A stretch of 64,000 nucleotides of DNA from Okamejei kenojei (GCA_035221665.1 CM069133.1:20584001-20648000); one strand, 5' to 3'; shown: positions 11,561 through 24,939, counted from the first letter of the stretch. Made by a program: numbers and translations. Notes: a model not told the origin generated them from the letters alone.

Positions 11561-12134
11561 TCGTTAAAAAAACCTAAATGGCTGACCCTCCATCCTGAGA
11601 CCATGCTCCTAGCTGTGGGAAAACGGTTTCTCAGCAACTCTCCTTCCATGCAGTTTGAAATCTTGCATTCCTCTAAACTCTACTAATCTTATTCAATCAC
11701 TTCCCATAGATTAACCTTCAATTTAGGAATTAAACTTGAAATTTTCACACTGTAGGCTAGTGTATCTGCAACTGCGTACGGTCATAAGATCATAAGTGAT
11801 GGGAATAGAATTAGGCCATTTGGCCCATCAAGTCTACACTGCTGTTCAATCATGGCTGATCTATCTCTCCCTCCTAACCCCATTCTCCTGCCTTCTCCCC
11901 GTAACCTCTGACACCCATAAGTGGGCTAAATTGCAGATAATGCACTTGGTGGGTTTTTGGTAGCATCCATACACAAATGCAATCTGACTTCAACTTTCTT
12001 GTACGCCAGTTACCTTGTTACAAAGGCCAACGTATAGAGGCCAAAGGCCTCGATTCCAAAGGCCTTGTTACAAAGGCCAACGATGCCTGCTTTCCTCATT
12101 GATTGCTTTACCTGTATGTCCACTTTCTGCTCTT

Positions 12135-12550
12135 TAATTGATTGATTGATTGAAAGATTGAAAGGTACAGCATGGAAACAGGCCCTTCGACCCACTGAGT
12201 CCAGGCTAACCATCGAGCAACCTATCACGCCAGTTCTACCGTATCCTAGTTTGGCATCCACTCCCTACACACGACTGGCAGTCTCAGAGGCCAATTAACC
12301 AACAACCCTGCACGTCTTTGCAATGTTGGAGGAAACCGGAGCATCCTGTAGCAAACCCGCAGTCTCAGGAAGATCGTTCAAACTCTGCACGTCTTTGCAA
12401 CGTTGGAGGAAACCGGAGCATCCCGTAGCAAACCCGCAATCTCAGGAAGATCGTTCAAACTCCGCACAATACAGCACCCAGGGTCAGGATGGAAGCCAGG
12501 TCTCTGGTGCCGTGAGACAGCAACTCTACCAGCTGCACCATTATGCCGCC
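12135..12550 (-). mobile_element. V-SINE with a tandem 77-bp internal duplication
   Basis: Near-identical units at 12308-12384 and 12385-12461 span the V-domain. Confidence 0.85.
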
Positions 12551-12574
12551 CTTCAGCCAACACAGCAGGCCATG

Positions 12575-13007
12575 TGTCTGAAGAAGGGTCTCGACCCAAA
12601 ACGTCCCCCATTCCTTCTCTCCAGAGATGCTGCCTGACCCGTTGAGTTACGCCAGCTTTCTTGTGTTTTTCTTCGGTGTAAACCAGCATCTGCAGTTCCT
12701 TCCCACACAAGCCAACCTCTTGCTCGCCTCTACAGTGCGGTGTCGATGAACGGTGGTGTGGTATTTCGTGTCTAGCTGACTTGGCAGCACTGTGAAAGGA
12801 AGTTGTGCTTTGCAGGGGAGCCTATCATTGAGTTATGCCAGGCAGCTTCTCGGGAGAAATACCGTCTGAATGGAGTCTGAAGAAGGGTCGGGACCCGAAA
12901 CATCACCTCTGCCATTTCTCCAGAGATGCTGTCTGACCCGCTGAGTTACTCCAGCGTTTTGTGTCCATCTTCGGTGTAAACCAGCGTCTGCAGTTCCTTC
13001 CTACACG
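12575..13007 (+). mobile_element. Two direct copies of the PLE terminal module with mutated hammerhead cores
   Basis: CTGAAGAAGGGTC..GACCC at 12578 and 12877, each followed by the ~100-bp tail ending CTGCAGTTCCTTCC.ACAC. Confidence 0.8.
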
Positions 13008-13334
13008 TTCAGTTATGCCATACGTTGCAACTTAACCTGCAGCCCAAATGTTTCTATTTTTAGTGCAGCCAGTTAATTCATCCAACTTCCCAGTGGACGA
13101 CTGGACTCAGCATGTCAGGAAGCTGCAGTTTCACAGGGCAGCTGAATTGCCTCAGGTGCAAGGGGTCACAAATTGAATCTATTTGTCCATCAATGCTTCC
13201 TTCATCAATCACACAGCGTGTCCCTCGGAGAGGATTACGCTGGTTCAATGCCTGCCGCACAAGGGCCAAGTAACATCGGATCGTGGAACGTAGTGCTCTC
13301 CTTCCTGGAGACTTCCACAACGCCTTTACTCACT

Positions 13335-13637
13335 TTAGGCTTTTTAGACCTTACGGAGACAGGCCCCTTGGCCCAGCGAGCCCGCGCCGATCACCCCGTA
13401 CACTAACACTATCCTACAAACTAGGGACCATTTACAATCTTTACCGAAGCAAATAAACCTGCAAACCTGTACGTATTTGGTAAAGTGGGAGGAAGCCGGA
13501 GCACCCAGAGAAAACCCACGCAGGTCACGGGGGAAAATGTACAAACTCCGCACAGACAGCACCCACAGTCAGGATCAAACCAGGGTGTCTGGCGCTGTAA
13601 GGCAGCAACTCTACCAGTGCAACACTGTGCTGCCCCT
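13335..13637 (-). mobile_element. V-SINE
   Basis: tRNA-like head, V-domain and tail on minus. Confidence 0.85.
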
Positions 13638-13892
13638 CTTTTCTGAAGGCCGACTACCTCTTTCCACTCTGAATGTTAGTATTTACTGCAGGTAGTTCCT
13701 ATGAGCCCAAATCTATTCTATGCAGTTATTGCTGTGGTGACAATGCGTGTTCCTGAAATACCAGGCAGCCACTATTATAAGTTTCAGTTTAGTATATTGT
13801 CACGTATATCGAGGTACAGTGAAAAGCTTTTGTTGTGTGCTAACCAGTCCACAATGTGCAGATACACGATAAAAGGAATAACGTGAATAGGA

Positions 13893-14975
13893 GCATAGAA
13901 AAATAGACATGGAAAATAGTGGAGGCCATTCGGCCCTTCGAGCCAGCACTGCCATTCAATATGATCATGGCTGATCATCTACAATCAGTACCCCGTTCCT
14001 GCTTTTTCCCCATATCCCTTGATTCCGTTTGCCCGAAGAGCTAAATCTAACTCTCTCTTGAAAACACCCAGTGAATCGGCCCCCACTGACTTCTGTGTAA
14101 CAGAGAATTCCACAGATTCACAACTCTCTGGGTGAAAACATTTTTTTTCATCTCAGTCCTAAGTGGCCTACCCCTTATTCTTAAACTGTGACCCCTGCTT
14201 CTGGACACCCCAAACATGGGGAACATTTTTCCTGCAGCTAGCCTGTCCAATCTCTTAAGAATTTTATATGTTTCTATAAGATATCCTCTCATCCTTCTAA
14301 ATTCCAGTGGGTACAAGCGCAGTCGACCCATTTGTTCCTCATATGTCACTCCCGCCATCACGGGAATTAACCTAGTGCATCTTTCGCCGCACTCCCTCAA
14401 TAGCAAGAAAGTCCTTCCTCAAATTAGGAGACCAAAACTGCACACGATACTACAGGTGTGGTCTCACCAAGGTCCTGTACAACTGCAGTAGGACCTCCTT
14501 GCTCCTATTCTAAAATCCTCTCGCAATGAAGGCCAAACATGCAATTAGCTTTGGTAGACAAAAATGTCTACCAAAGAAACTCAGCGGGTGAGGCAGCATC
14601 TATGGAGCAAAGGAAATAGGCGACGTTTCGGGTCGAAACCCTTCATTAGCTTTCTTCACTGCCTGCTGTACCTGCATGCTCACTTTCAATGACTGATGTA
14701 CAAGCACACCCAGGTCTCGTTGCACCTCCCCTTTTTCCTAATCTGACAACATTCAGATAATAATCTGCCGTCTTGGTCTTGTTCTTGTCACCTTCTTGTT
14801 TTTGTCACCAAAGTGGATAACCTCACATTTATCCACATTATACTGCATCTGCCATGCATCTGCCCACTCACCCAACCTACCCAAGTCACCCTGCATTCTC
14901 ATGGCATCCTCATCGTGGCTCACACTGCCCCCCCAGCTTTGTGCCATCCAAAAACCTGGAGATGTCACATTTACT
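13893..14975 (-). mobile_element. CR1-clade LINE 3' portion
   Basis: MQGDLGRLGEWADAWQMQYNVDKCEVIHFG and LEFRRMRGYLIETYKILK...QRVVNLWNSL; carries a TSD-flanked insert at 14553-14644. Confidence 0.9.
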
Positions 14976-15296
14976 TCCCTTTGTTTAAATCTGATTGGAC
15001 TGACGGGACACCTGCTTCTCCGCGCTGCCCATATTTCCCGCAAGCCCAGGCAGGTTAACCAGACAGAGTTGAGCTGGGTTTAGCGCTGCTTCTCTGCGCT
15101 GGCTGTGGGCCTGGGGGTACAGCTCGCGTCTGACTCCCGACCTCTCTGGCCACCCGTGGGGGGGGGGGGGGGGGGGCACTCGGGTGGGGGCGGGACAGTA
15201 CCGGAGACCCGGCCGGGATCGATCCTGGCTGTGGATGAGGTGCAGGTCTGTGCCACCAGTCTCCCTCCTCCAATCACCGCACTCTATCCTCAGGTA

Positions 15297-15590
15297 TAGA
15301 AGTGTGACAATGCACATCTCCAGATTCAGGGACTGTTTCTTCCCAGCTGTTATCAGGCCACTGAACTGTCCTACCAACAACTAGAGAGCTACTATCTACC
15401 TCATTGGAGACCTTCGGACTATCTTTGGTCAGAATTTAATGGACTTTATCTTGCACTGAACGTTATTCACGTTATTCCGTTTATCATGTACCTGTATGGT
15501 TCAATTATAATCACATATTGTCTTTCCACAACAAAAGCTTTTCACTGTACCTCGGTACACGTGACAATAAACTAAACTCAACTCAACCAA
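15297..15590 (+). mobile_element. Rex1/Babar LINE 3' end
   Basis: RYRSVTMHISRFRDCFFPAVIRPLN; ACAATAAACTAAACTCAAC tail. Confidence 0.75.
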
Positions 15591-16548
15591 ATGCTCGGAC
15601 TTATCCTGGATCACAAAGTGCTCAGTGACCATCAGTTGCTGCGCGATTCTACTGCTTGGAATCCGTAACGCTGTGGCACTCGCTGTCAGGAGGTTACGAC
15701 TTAGGCTCCACAATTTGTGCTCGGGCAAATTTCCCTTGGGCACAGGAGGCAAATCTGCCAGTCTCATTGTGTCAATGGCTGTAATAATTAGCACCAGTGA
15801 TTAAGCAATCGCAGTTCAGCCTGGCTGGCCAGATGTGGCACGGGAGATGCCCTCTCCACGCCGGGTCATTCGCCATCGTGCAGCCCTGACCATTCCAGCG
15901 TCTTGAGTCGAACGTTTAATTGCTAACATTATAAAAAGAACGTTACTTCCAGTAACAGTAATTTGATTCGGATATAAATCTGACGTATGCTGGATCTCTC
16001 TTCCCCGAAGTTTAATCCGTCAGAGGCAAGAGAAAAAAGAACCTTCAATTAACATTTGGAATGGTTTTTTTTGGACATGAGCCATCCCATATGGTTATCC
16101 TGCGCAAGTTTGTACTGTTACTTCATTTTGTGCTTCACTGCTCCACGCGGATGTACTGTATGAATCCCTCTGTAATTTATGGTACAGATGCCACACAGCG
16201 TCATTGTGAAGCCAGTTTCCGAGACGATTTCTTGATGGATTTCGTCTCCCGTGTCTCATTTACTCCCAGACATTGCATTTAATGTGGATAGATTTGATTC
16301 AGCTTGCGGCTGAACTGATGTTAAGGCCCGGCCAAATTGCAACTGTGCAGCAAGTCGTATGAGGGACGGCCCGCTTTGAATCAGCCTCTCTCAACCATTC
16401 AGCCTGACGAAGTCAAAATCAATAGGCCCCATGTCAATACGGTTCGGGGCAGTGAGTTGTGAAAGAGCCGAGACACAAAGGCAAAGAGGTTCAAAATGCC
16501 GGAGTAACTCAGCGGCACAGGCAGCACCTCTGGAGAGAAGGAATGGGC

Positions 16549-16576
16549 GACGTTTCGGATCGAGACCCTTCTTCAG
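16549..16576 (-). ncRNA. Minimal hammerhead ribozyme motif in a PLE 3' fragment (~16490-16800)
   Basis: Minus strand CTGAAGA A GGGT CTCG ATCC GAAAC GTC. Confidence 0.65.
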
Positions 16577-17064
16577 TGTGAGGGGGACACAGAGATATGG
16601 GAGGGTGCGGTGTGAAAACGAGACATCAAGGGGGATGACGGTCAAGGAAAATGTTGAATAGACCAGTGGTAGCTAGGGGAAGGTGACAACGAGGCATGCA
16701 AAGATAACATTTAATCAGGTGGACCGTCAAACTGGTCGGAGAACTAGGATGGGGGAGGGGTGGAGAGAGAGGGACAGTAAGGGTTACTTGACATTAGAAT
16801 AGATCATTGGAGCTTTCAAGTTAACAGCCTGCACAGAGGAAACGACATTATGACTCCAATTAAACACAAGAGACAAGTCCACCATTTTGTTTTTGGTGAA
16901 AATCACAATCGGTTTATGAGCACATTTTCTTTTTTGGTCCGTATCTGTATTTAAGAAACAGATTGTAAGTCACAGTGGGATTACTTTGCAGAATCGCATT
17001 CAAATTATTTCTTACATTTCAGATGTGAGAAATATTAACTTCAACTCGGATATGATATCATGAA

Positions 17065-17370
17065 ATCATAGAGTGATACAGTGTGGAAACAGGCCCTTCA
17101 GCCCAACTTGTCCACACCGACCAACATGTCACATCTTCACTAGTCCCACCCGCCTGCGTTTGGCCCATATCCCTCTCAACCTGTCCTATCTATGGAGCTG
17201 TCCAAATGTTTCTTAAATGTTGCAATAGTACCAGCCTCGACTACCTCCTCCAGCAGCTCGTTCCACACACCCACCAAAAAGATACCCCTCAGGATCCTAG
17301 TAAATCTTTCCCCCCTCACCTTAAACCTATGTCCTCTGGTTCTTGATTCCCCTACTCTGGGCAAGAGTAT
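17065..17370 (-). mobile_element. CR1-clade LINE 3' fragment (second subfamily)
   Basis: PRVGESRTRGHRFKVRGERF...WNELLEEVVEAGTIATFKKHLD; tail GGGCTGAAGGGCCTGTTTCC shared with the V-SINEs. Confidence 0.85.
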
Positions 17371-18644
17371 CGGATCGAAGTATCAGATCTGTTCATCTCC
17401 TAAATCTATTCCTCTCCTTATTATGTTCATGAATATGATTAGTGAAGAAAACTGCTGGTAATTGTAGTCGAATTTCAAAGTTCCAGAAGCTAATTTTATA
17501 GCCCAATAGTTCAAAGATGAAGTTGAAACTCCACCAGTTCTTCTGCATTTTAACAGAGTTTGTTCAAAAGTATAAAAAATGGGTTTGCCAAAAGAAGCCT
17601 TGTAACACGTGTGAACACCCTAATAATAACAGTTTTTCATCTAGGTTTGTGGTGAACCTCCAAATCAACAGGTAGAAATGGGGAACTGTTTCATAGGAAC
17701 ATGGCAACTTGTTAGCTAGCCAAGACCATTGAGCTTATCCATCCTTCAATCAGGTTGTGGCTAACATGCTGTCCAATTCCATGCACCAGCTTCCTCCTTC
17801 ATTGCCCTTAACATCTTCATTTAACACGTCTGCCCTTTGCAGAATTAACATTAATTAACATCGGTTTGTATTTACAGAAGACAATTCCAGATTCCTGTCA
17901 CATTTTGCACTTAGAAGTGTTTCTTGCTTCTAATATTTAGGTAACACCCCTGGGTCTAAAACTTAAATATCATAGAAACATAGAAACATAGAAAATAGGT
18001 GCAGGAGTAGGCCATTCGCCCCTTCGAGCCATTCAATATGATCCTGGCTGATCATCCAAAATCAGTACCCCGTTCCTGCTTTTTCTCCATATCCCTTGAT
18101 TTCGTTAGCCCTAAGAAGTAAATCTGACTCTCTCTTGAACTCTCTCTCTCTTTAGGACTAATTAGGTTCTAATCAGTTCCCCTTAATATATTAAAATAAC
18201 GTCAATTAAATCATCCCACGATTTTCTAAAGTAGGACACACAACCTCAAATAATATAATCCCTCTTTCTATTCGTAGATCAGGCAACATGTTGGTGTATA
18301 CACTGCACTGCCTCCAGCCCCAATACTCCCAAAGATATTGTGCCCAGAATCACTCGTTGGTTTAACCTGAAGGAATAAAGGCATGGACTACTTTCTAAGT
18401 GGGGAAAGGATTCAGAAAACGGAGATGCAAAGAAACTTGGGAGAGCTGGTGTAGGATTCTCAAAACATTAATTTGCAGGGTAAGTCGGTAGTAAGGAAGG
18501 TACCCAAAAAGTCAGCATCAAAGGTTAAAGGTAGGAAGCAGAAGAATAGGGTTGAGAGGGTGAAAATGGATCAGCCATGATTGAATGGCGGAGTAGACTC
18601 AGTGGGCAGAATTCTGCACCTATGTCTTATGGTCTCATGGTCTT

Positions 18645-20045
18645 TAGACTTTAGAGATAGAAATGTAGAAACATGGAAAATAGGTGCAGGAGTAGGTCAT
18701 GGCTGATCATCCAACTCAGTATCCCGTACCTGCCTTCTCTCCATACCCCCTGATTCCCTTAGCCACAAGGGCCACATCTAACTCCCTCTTAAATATAGCC
18801 AATGAACAGGCCTCAACTACCTTCCGTGGCAGAGAATTCCAGAGATTCACCACTCTCTGTGTGAAAAATGTTTTTCTCATCTCGGTCCTAAAAGACTTCC
18901 CCCTTATCCCGAGACTGTGACCCCTTGTTCTGGACTTCCCCAACCTCAGGAATAATCTTCCTGCATCTAGCCTGTCCAACCCCTTAAGAACTTTGTAAGT
19001 TTCTATCAGCTCCTCCCTCAATCTTCTAAATTCTAGCGAGTACAAGCCGAGACTTTCTTCATATGAAAGTCCTGACATCCCAGGAATCAGTCCAGTGAAC
19101 CTTCTCTGTACTCCCTCGATGGCAAGTTACAGTGTGAAAACAGGCTGTTCGGCCCTTTGGCCCTCCGAGCTCATGCCGACCAGCGCTCAGGCTGTACACT
19201 AGCACGATCTTACACACTGGAGACAAATTCCAATTTACAAACAAGCCTGTACGTCTTTGGAGTGTGGGAGGAAAGCAGAGCATCCAGAGAAAACCAATGT
19301 GGTCATAGGGAGAACCTGCAAACTCTGTACAGGCAGCACCCGTAGTCATCAACAGGTCGATGGTGGAAAGGGTCAAGATCTTCAAATTCCTGGGCGTGCA
19401 TATTTCCGAAGATCTCTCCTGGTCCCACAACACTCATAAAGAAAGCACATCAGCGCCTCTATTTCCTGAGAAGATTACGGAGAGTCGGTATGTCAAGGAG
19501 GAGAGTGCATGCTGACCGGTTGCATCGTGGCTTGGTTCGGCAACCTGAGCGTCCAGGAGCAGAAAAGGCTGCAAAAAGTCGTAAACACTGCACAGTCCAT
19601 CATCGACTCTGACCTCCCTACCATCGAGGGGATCTATCACAGTCACTGCCTCAAAAAGGCTAGCAGCATCATCAAGGACCCACACCATCCTGGCCACACA
19701 CTCATCTCTCCGCTGCCATGGGTAGAAGGTACAGGAGCCTGAAATCTGCAACATCCAGGTTCAGGAACAGCTACTTCCCCACAGCCATCAGGCTATTAAA
19801 CACAACTTCAAATAAACTGTGAACTACAACAACCTATTGCGCTTTATCTGTTTACTGATGTGTGTATATATATATATATTCTATGGTATATAGACACACT
19901 TATCTGATCTGTATTTATGAGTACAATATGCTGTTGTGCTGCAGCAATGCAAGAATTTCATTGTCCTATCTGGGACACATGACAATAAACTCTCTTGACT
20001 TGACTTGAACCCTAGTCTCTGGTGCTCTAAGGCAGCAACTCACCC
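18645..20045. mobile_element. Nested cluster: minus V-SINE split by CR1 (~18665-19125, minus) and Rex1/Babar (~19350-20005, plus)
   Basis: CR1 LGLYSLEFRRLREELIETYK; Rex LTGCIVAWFGNLSVQEQKRLQKVVNTAQSII...CLKKASSIIKDPHHPGH; SINE pieces at ~19127-19350 and ~20006-20045. Confidence 0.85.
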
Positions 20046-20594
20046 GTTTTGGTCACATCTTCAAAAACTCAATCAGACTCAATCCCACTTGCAAATTCGT
20101 ACTGAATATCCCTATTCAACCCTTGTCCATCCAAATGCATGTATATCGTATCGCTCAGAATACTCTCTCGTAACTCTCTGACCACAGGTGTCACTGACCT
20201 ATGGTTCCCAGGCTTTCCTGGCATCCCTTCTTAAATAGAGGGACAACATTTGCCACCCTTCAGTCTTCCGACACCTCCCCCCCCCCGCCCCCCATCCCCC
20301 CCCCCCCCCCCCCCCCCCCCGTCCTTAATTATGACCCATAAACCTCAACCAGGACGCTTGCAATTTCCTCTCCAGCTTCCCACAGTGTCCTCGGATACAT
20401 CTCATCAGGCCTGGGAGACTTGTCAAGAATCAAGAGTGTTTGAATTGTTTTATGTCCCAAAACAAAAGAATGAAATTCTTACTTACAGCAGCACAACAGA
20501 AGATGTAAACCTAGTCCTCTGTAAACAATGTAATGAACTAAATAAATGTCAGTATATATTTCAGTATATGTATATGACTGAAGAAGAATGGAGA

Positions 20595-20622
20595 CTGAAG
20601 AAGGGTCTTGACCCGAAACGTC
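20595..20622 (+). ncRNA. Minimal hammerhead ribozyme motif, intact core
   Basis: CTGAAGA A GGGT CTTG ACCC GAAAC GTC. Confidence 0.7.
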
Positions 20623-20781
20623 ACCCATTCAGGCAGCATCTCTGGAGAGAAGGAATGGGTAATGTATATATATATATATATGTATATGTATAGATGTATA
20701 TGTATACATATATATATATATATTTATATCCTAATGTGATTGAAGGTAAATGCATATGATGGCTTTGCTTTTGTGTACATA

Positions 20782-21432
20782 TCTTCTATACTATTACTAA
20801 AACACTCATCTTGACCATTTCCAGTCTGCGTTGCAATTAAATTTGCGCAAAAACGTTCCCCCATAGCGCTACGATTTTTCGCCACCTTACTCAACATTCT
20901 CCTCTGCTGCAAGTAAATAAGTTTTTTTTGGATTGGTGACATAGTACAAAAGTTATGAAGGTTTAAAAAATTGTGAGATGAGCAGATTGGTCTTCTCGCC
21001 TGTCAGTCACCATGAGGGTAACACCCCTTCCGGCACCCACTGTCCGGCGGGGAGAATAAAGCTGAAGCGGACTGCGAGCGAGGGTCTGTGCTCAGCGAGC
21101 GGGGGCTGTGCTCAGCGAGCGGGGGCGTAGACCACCCGGGTGCCGATGTGTGCAGCCGGGGACGAGAGCCTGCGAGTGTTGCTGGAGACGGTGAGTGCAG
21201 TCGGAGCCGGGGCCGGGAGCTACTGAGCCTACACACCCCCCCCCCAAACCCCCACCCCGCCACACCACCCCACCACGCCACACCACCCCTCCCCCCCACA
21301 CCACCCCATCTACCCCACACTACCCACTGCCCCCACACACCACCTCCTGCCCCCCCACCAACCCTGCCCCCCACCCCCCCTTATCAACCCCTCCCCCCAC
21401 ACCACCCCCTGCCCACCCACACCACCCACTGT
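20782..21432 (+). mobile_element. Possible non-autonomous Helitron, 5' part
   Basis: A|TCTTCTATACTATTACTAAAA start resembles Helitron 5' ends; GC-rich then C-rich interior; no 3' hairpin+CTAG seen. Confidence 0.4.
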
Positions 21433-21859
21433 CAATGTACTGTAATATCCGTATGATTGTATAGCATCCAAAGCAAAGCTTTTCACTGTACCACAATGCA
21501 CGTAACAATAATAAACCTCATTCTTAGGTTAATGCAAATGCTTCTGATGGTTATTGTAAAGTTTACGGGATGAATATTCATCCTCCGGCGTATGGATCAG
21601 ATGCATACTGTAATAAAATATGAGCAATGAACTCCATTTCGAGAATTGACTTCCATTAACTTCATTAACGCTACACTGACACTAGAAATAGAATTTCCAG
21701 AGGAAACTACCATTTTTTTTGTGTAGAAAGAAACTGCAGATGCTGGTTAATACCAAAGATAGACACAAAGTGCTGGAGTAATTTAACGTCAGACATCAAC
21801 ATCTCTGGAGAAAAAGTATGAGTGACGTTTCGGGTGAGAACCCTCCCTCAGACCGAAGA

Positions 21860-22290
21860 AATCTGAAAAATGAATTAATGTTTATTGGCCAAGTATTCAC
21901 ATACAAGGAATTTGTCTTGGTGCTCCGCCAGCAAGTGACAGCATGACATACAGTGACAGTTAGAAATGACACATAAAACATTAAACAATAATAATAAAAC
22001 ATTATTGATTAAACATGTGAATTAAATAAAGTAGCAGAGCAAAAGGAGGCCTCAGATTTTTGGTTATTGAGTAGAGCTACTACTCGAGGAAAAAAGCTGT
22101 TTTTATGTCTGGCTGTGGCAGCTTTGACAGTCCGGAGTCGCCTTCCAGAGGGAAGTGATTCAAAGCGTTTGTGGCCAGGGTGAGCGGGGTCAGAGATGAT
22201 CTTGCCCGCTTGCTTCGTAGCCCTTGCAATGTACAGTCAATGGAGGGAAGGTTGCAGCCAATAACCTTCTCAACTGATCGGACGATCAAC
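21860..22290 (-). mobile_element. Rex1/Babar-like LINE 3' fragment
   Basis: IVRSVEKVIGCNLPSID, then a frameshifted DPAHPGH...LPSGRR segment. Confidence 0.7.
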
Positions 22291-24939
22291 CCGAAATGTC
22301 CCCCATCCATTTTTCTCCAGAGATGCTGCCTGACCCGCTGAGTTACTCCCGCATCTTTGTGTCCATCTTTCTTTTGTGTCTATCTTGGATCTTAATAGTG
22401 TCATCAGCTCTGTCTTAATGTACAGCTATTTAGGCTTCCCATGTGAACATTGGGCAATTTGAACGAAACAGAGCATCTTTTGCTCCGTGTTTCTCTGCGC
22501 TATGTTAGTCCAAACCACTGCCAATCACCTCTTTGAACAGCTGAGAAAGCAGAACCGTGTGAACAGACGGATCAAGAAGTTAACAACCAACCACTAATCT
22601 CCACGACTGTCACAACAGCACCGCTGATAGAATTTTCCACCTTCCAGAGAGATAAACCATTAACCTTGCAATCCCTGCACTACAACCTTAAGGAAGTGTC
22701 AAGGTTTGCGCTTGGCAGGGGGTCTGAAGGTGTTAACAAACACTTGCAAATATCTCAGCTGTTTGCTAAATAGGAAAGTTGAAGTTTGTTGTCGACTGAC
22801 TGAACACAAAAAAATGCAACCAGTTGGATAAATGCAACAGTTAAGATTGAGTAACCCAGATGGGACAGGCAGCATCTTCTCGATCAAAAGACCATCCTCG
22901 ACCTGAAACATCACCATTCCTTCTCTCCAGAGATGCTGCCTGTCCTGCTGAGTTACTCCAGCATTTTGTGTCTATCTTGGGTGTAAACCAGCATGTGCAG
23001 TTACTTCCCACACAGTTAAAATTGATTGATTGAATTGACGGAAAGGTACAGCATGGAAACAGGCCCTTCGGCCCACTGAGTCCAAGCTGACCATTGATCA
23101 TCCGTTCACGCTAGTTCTATGTAGAACCAGGAACTGCAGATGCTGATTTACAAAAACAAAAAGACACAAAGTGCTGGAGTTATTCATCGGGTCAGGCAAC
23201 ATCTCTGGAGAACATGGATAGGTGACGTTTTGGGTTGGGACCATCTAAAGAAAGGTTTGGACTCAAAACGTCACCTGACCATGTTCACCAGAAATACTGA
23301 TTTTTTTTCTCGTGGGCAAACTTGCCATCATATTACAATAGTGACTAGAATACTAGAATATATTTATTGGTTGTTTTAAATGCTTTGGAGCATTTATCAG
23401 ATTTAGAGTAATCCTATATCTGAAGATAGGTCTCGACGACCGTAAACATCACCTATTCCTTCTGACGACCCGCTGCAGTTACATCCAGATTTTTGTGTCA
23501 TCTGTTTGGTTTAAACGCAGCATCTGCAGTCTCCTTCTTCCTACTACTCAAGTGTGCCTTCAATGTCTTTGTTTTAAAACCCACCGTGATAAATTAGTGC
23601 TTTGAGGGGTAGAGATTGGTAAATGTCTCATTCTGACGCCCACCTCCATTAAACTCCAACTACTGGTAGAGCAGCAATTAAACACATGTTCCCTGCCCTT
23701 CTCCCTGATGTTCTCACCTGGCCACCATGGGATTCTGCACTTTTCATTCCTCGTGGAACAATTATATCCAAGCTTTGCGGCACCATTTCACACTGACAAT
23801 CATTCAGCCCCAAATGGGACCAATTCTCAGCATTTGCTGAAAAACTCAGCGTGGACTAAGGCTTCCACCAAGGATGCTCCAAAATGCTGCCGGACCAATC
23901 TGAGATTGTGATTAAATGATAAGTGAAAAATGATAAAATCACGCAAGTGAACTTAAATCGTGCAGGAAGGAACTGCAGACACTGGTTTATACCAAAGATA
24001 GACGCAAAGTGTCAAGAGTCAAGGGTCAAGAGTGTTTTATTGTCATAATTCCCAGAACTGAACAATGAAATTCTTACTTGCTGCAGCACAACAGAATATG
24101 TGAACATGGTAGGTACACAAAAATGCTGGAGGAACTCAGCGGGTGCAGCAGGATCTATGGAGCGAAGGAAATAGGCAACTTTTCGGGCCAAAACCCTTCT
24201 TCAGATTCCTGTCTACTTCAATGTGAACATTGCACACTGTAAACAATATAATAAATGAGAGGGAATAAAATGAACTGGACAGGTACATGGATAAGATAGG
24301 TTTAGAAGGGCCAAATGCATTTATTATAAAGTATATGTACACACACACACCCCCAAACAGCAGTGGTGCAAAAAGACAAAACCAATGCCCCTCGATCTCT
24401 GAAGCTCAGTGCTGGCGTAACTCATTGGGTCAGGCAGCATCTATGGAGAAAAAGGATGGGTGACGTTTTGGGCCGGAACTCTTCTTCAAGCTGAAAATAG
24501 ACGGGGGAATGGGGTTGGGGGGGAGGGAGGAATCGTGTTTATTTAATAAAAGAGCTGTGGAAAAGTCAAAGAAAAGGAAGCACTCAATAGAGCGAGAGAA
24601 TTACCACATTGTTATTCAAAAAGACAGTCAGTCCTTAATCCTTTGCAAGACTCACATCAGCCTTTCATTCCCTGAGGACAGCACAACTCATTTACAAGAT
24701 GTGTATCATTATGTAAATATAACTTAATGATTTAGCCATATATCCCATTACTCTTTATTGGATTTCTCAATGTGCAAATTTCTTGCAGTTTTTTTTATAT
24801 TTCAACTGTGGGCCCATTCAAAAAAATAACTTTATTATGAAGTGTCCAAACCCAAACCGTCGCCCATCCATGTTCTCCGGAGATGCTGCCTGACTCGCTG
24901 AGTTATTGCAAAACGGTATTTTTTTTGTTTGTTAACCAG

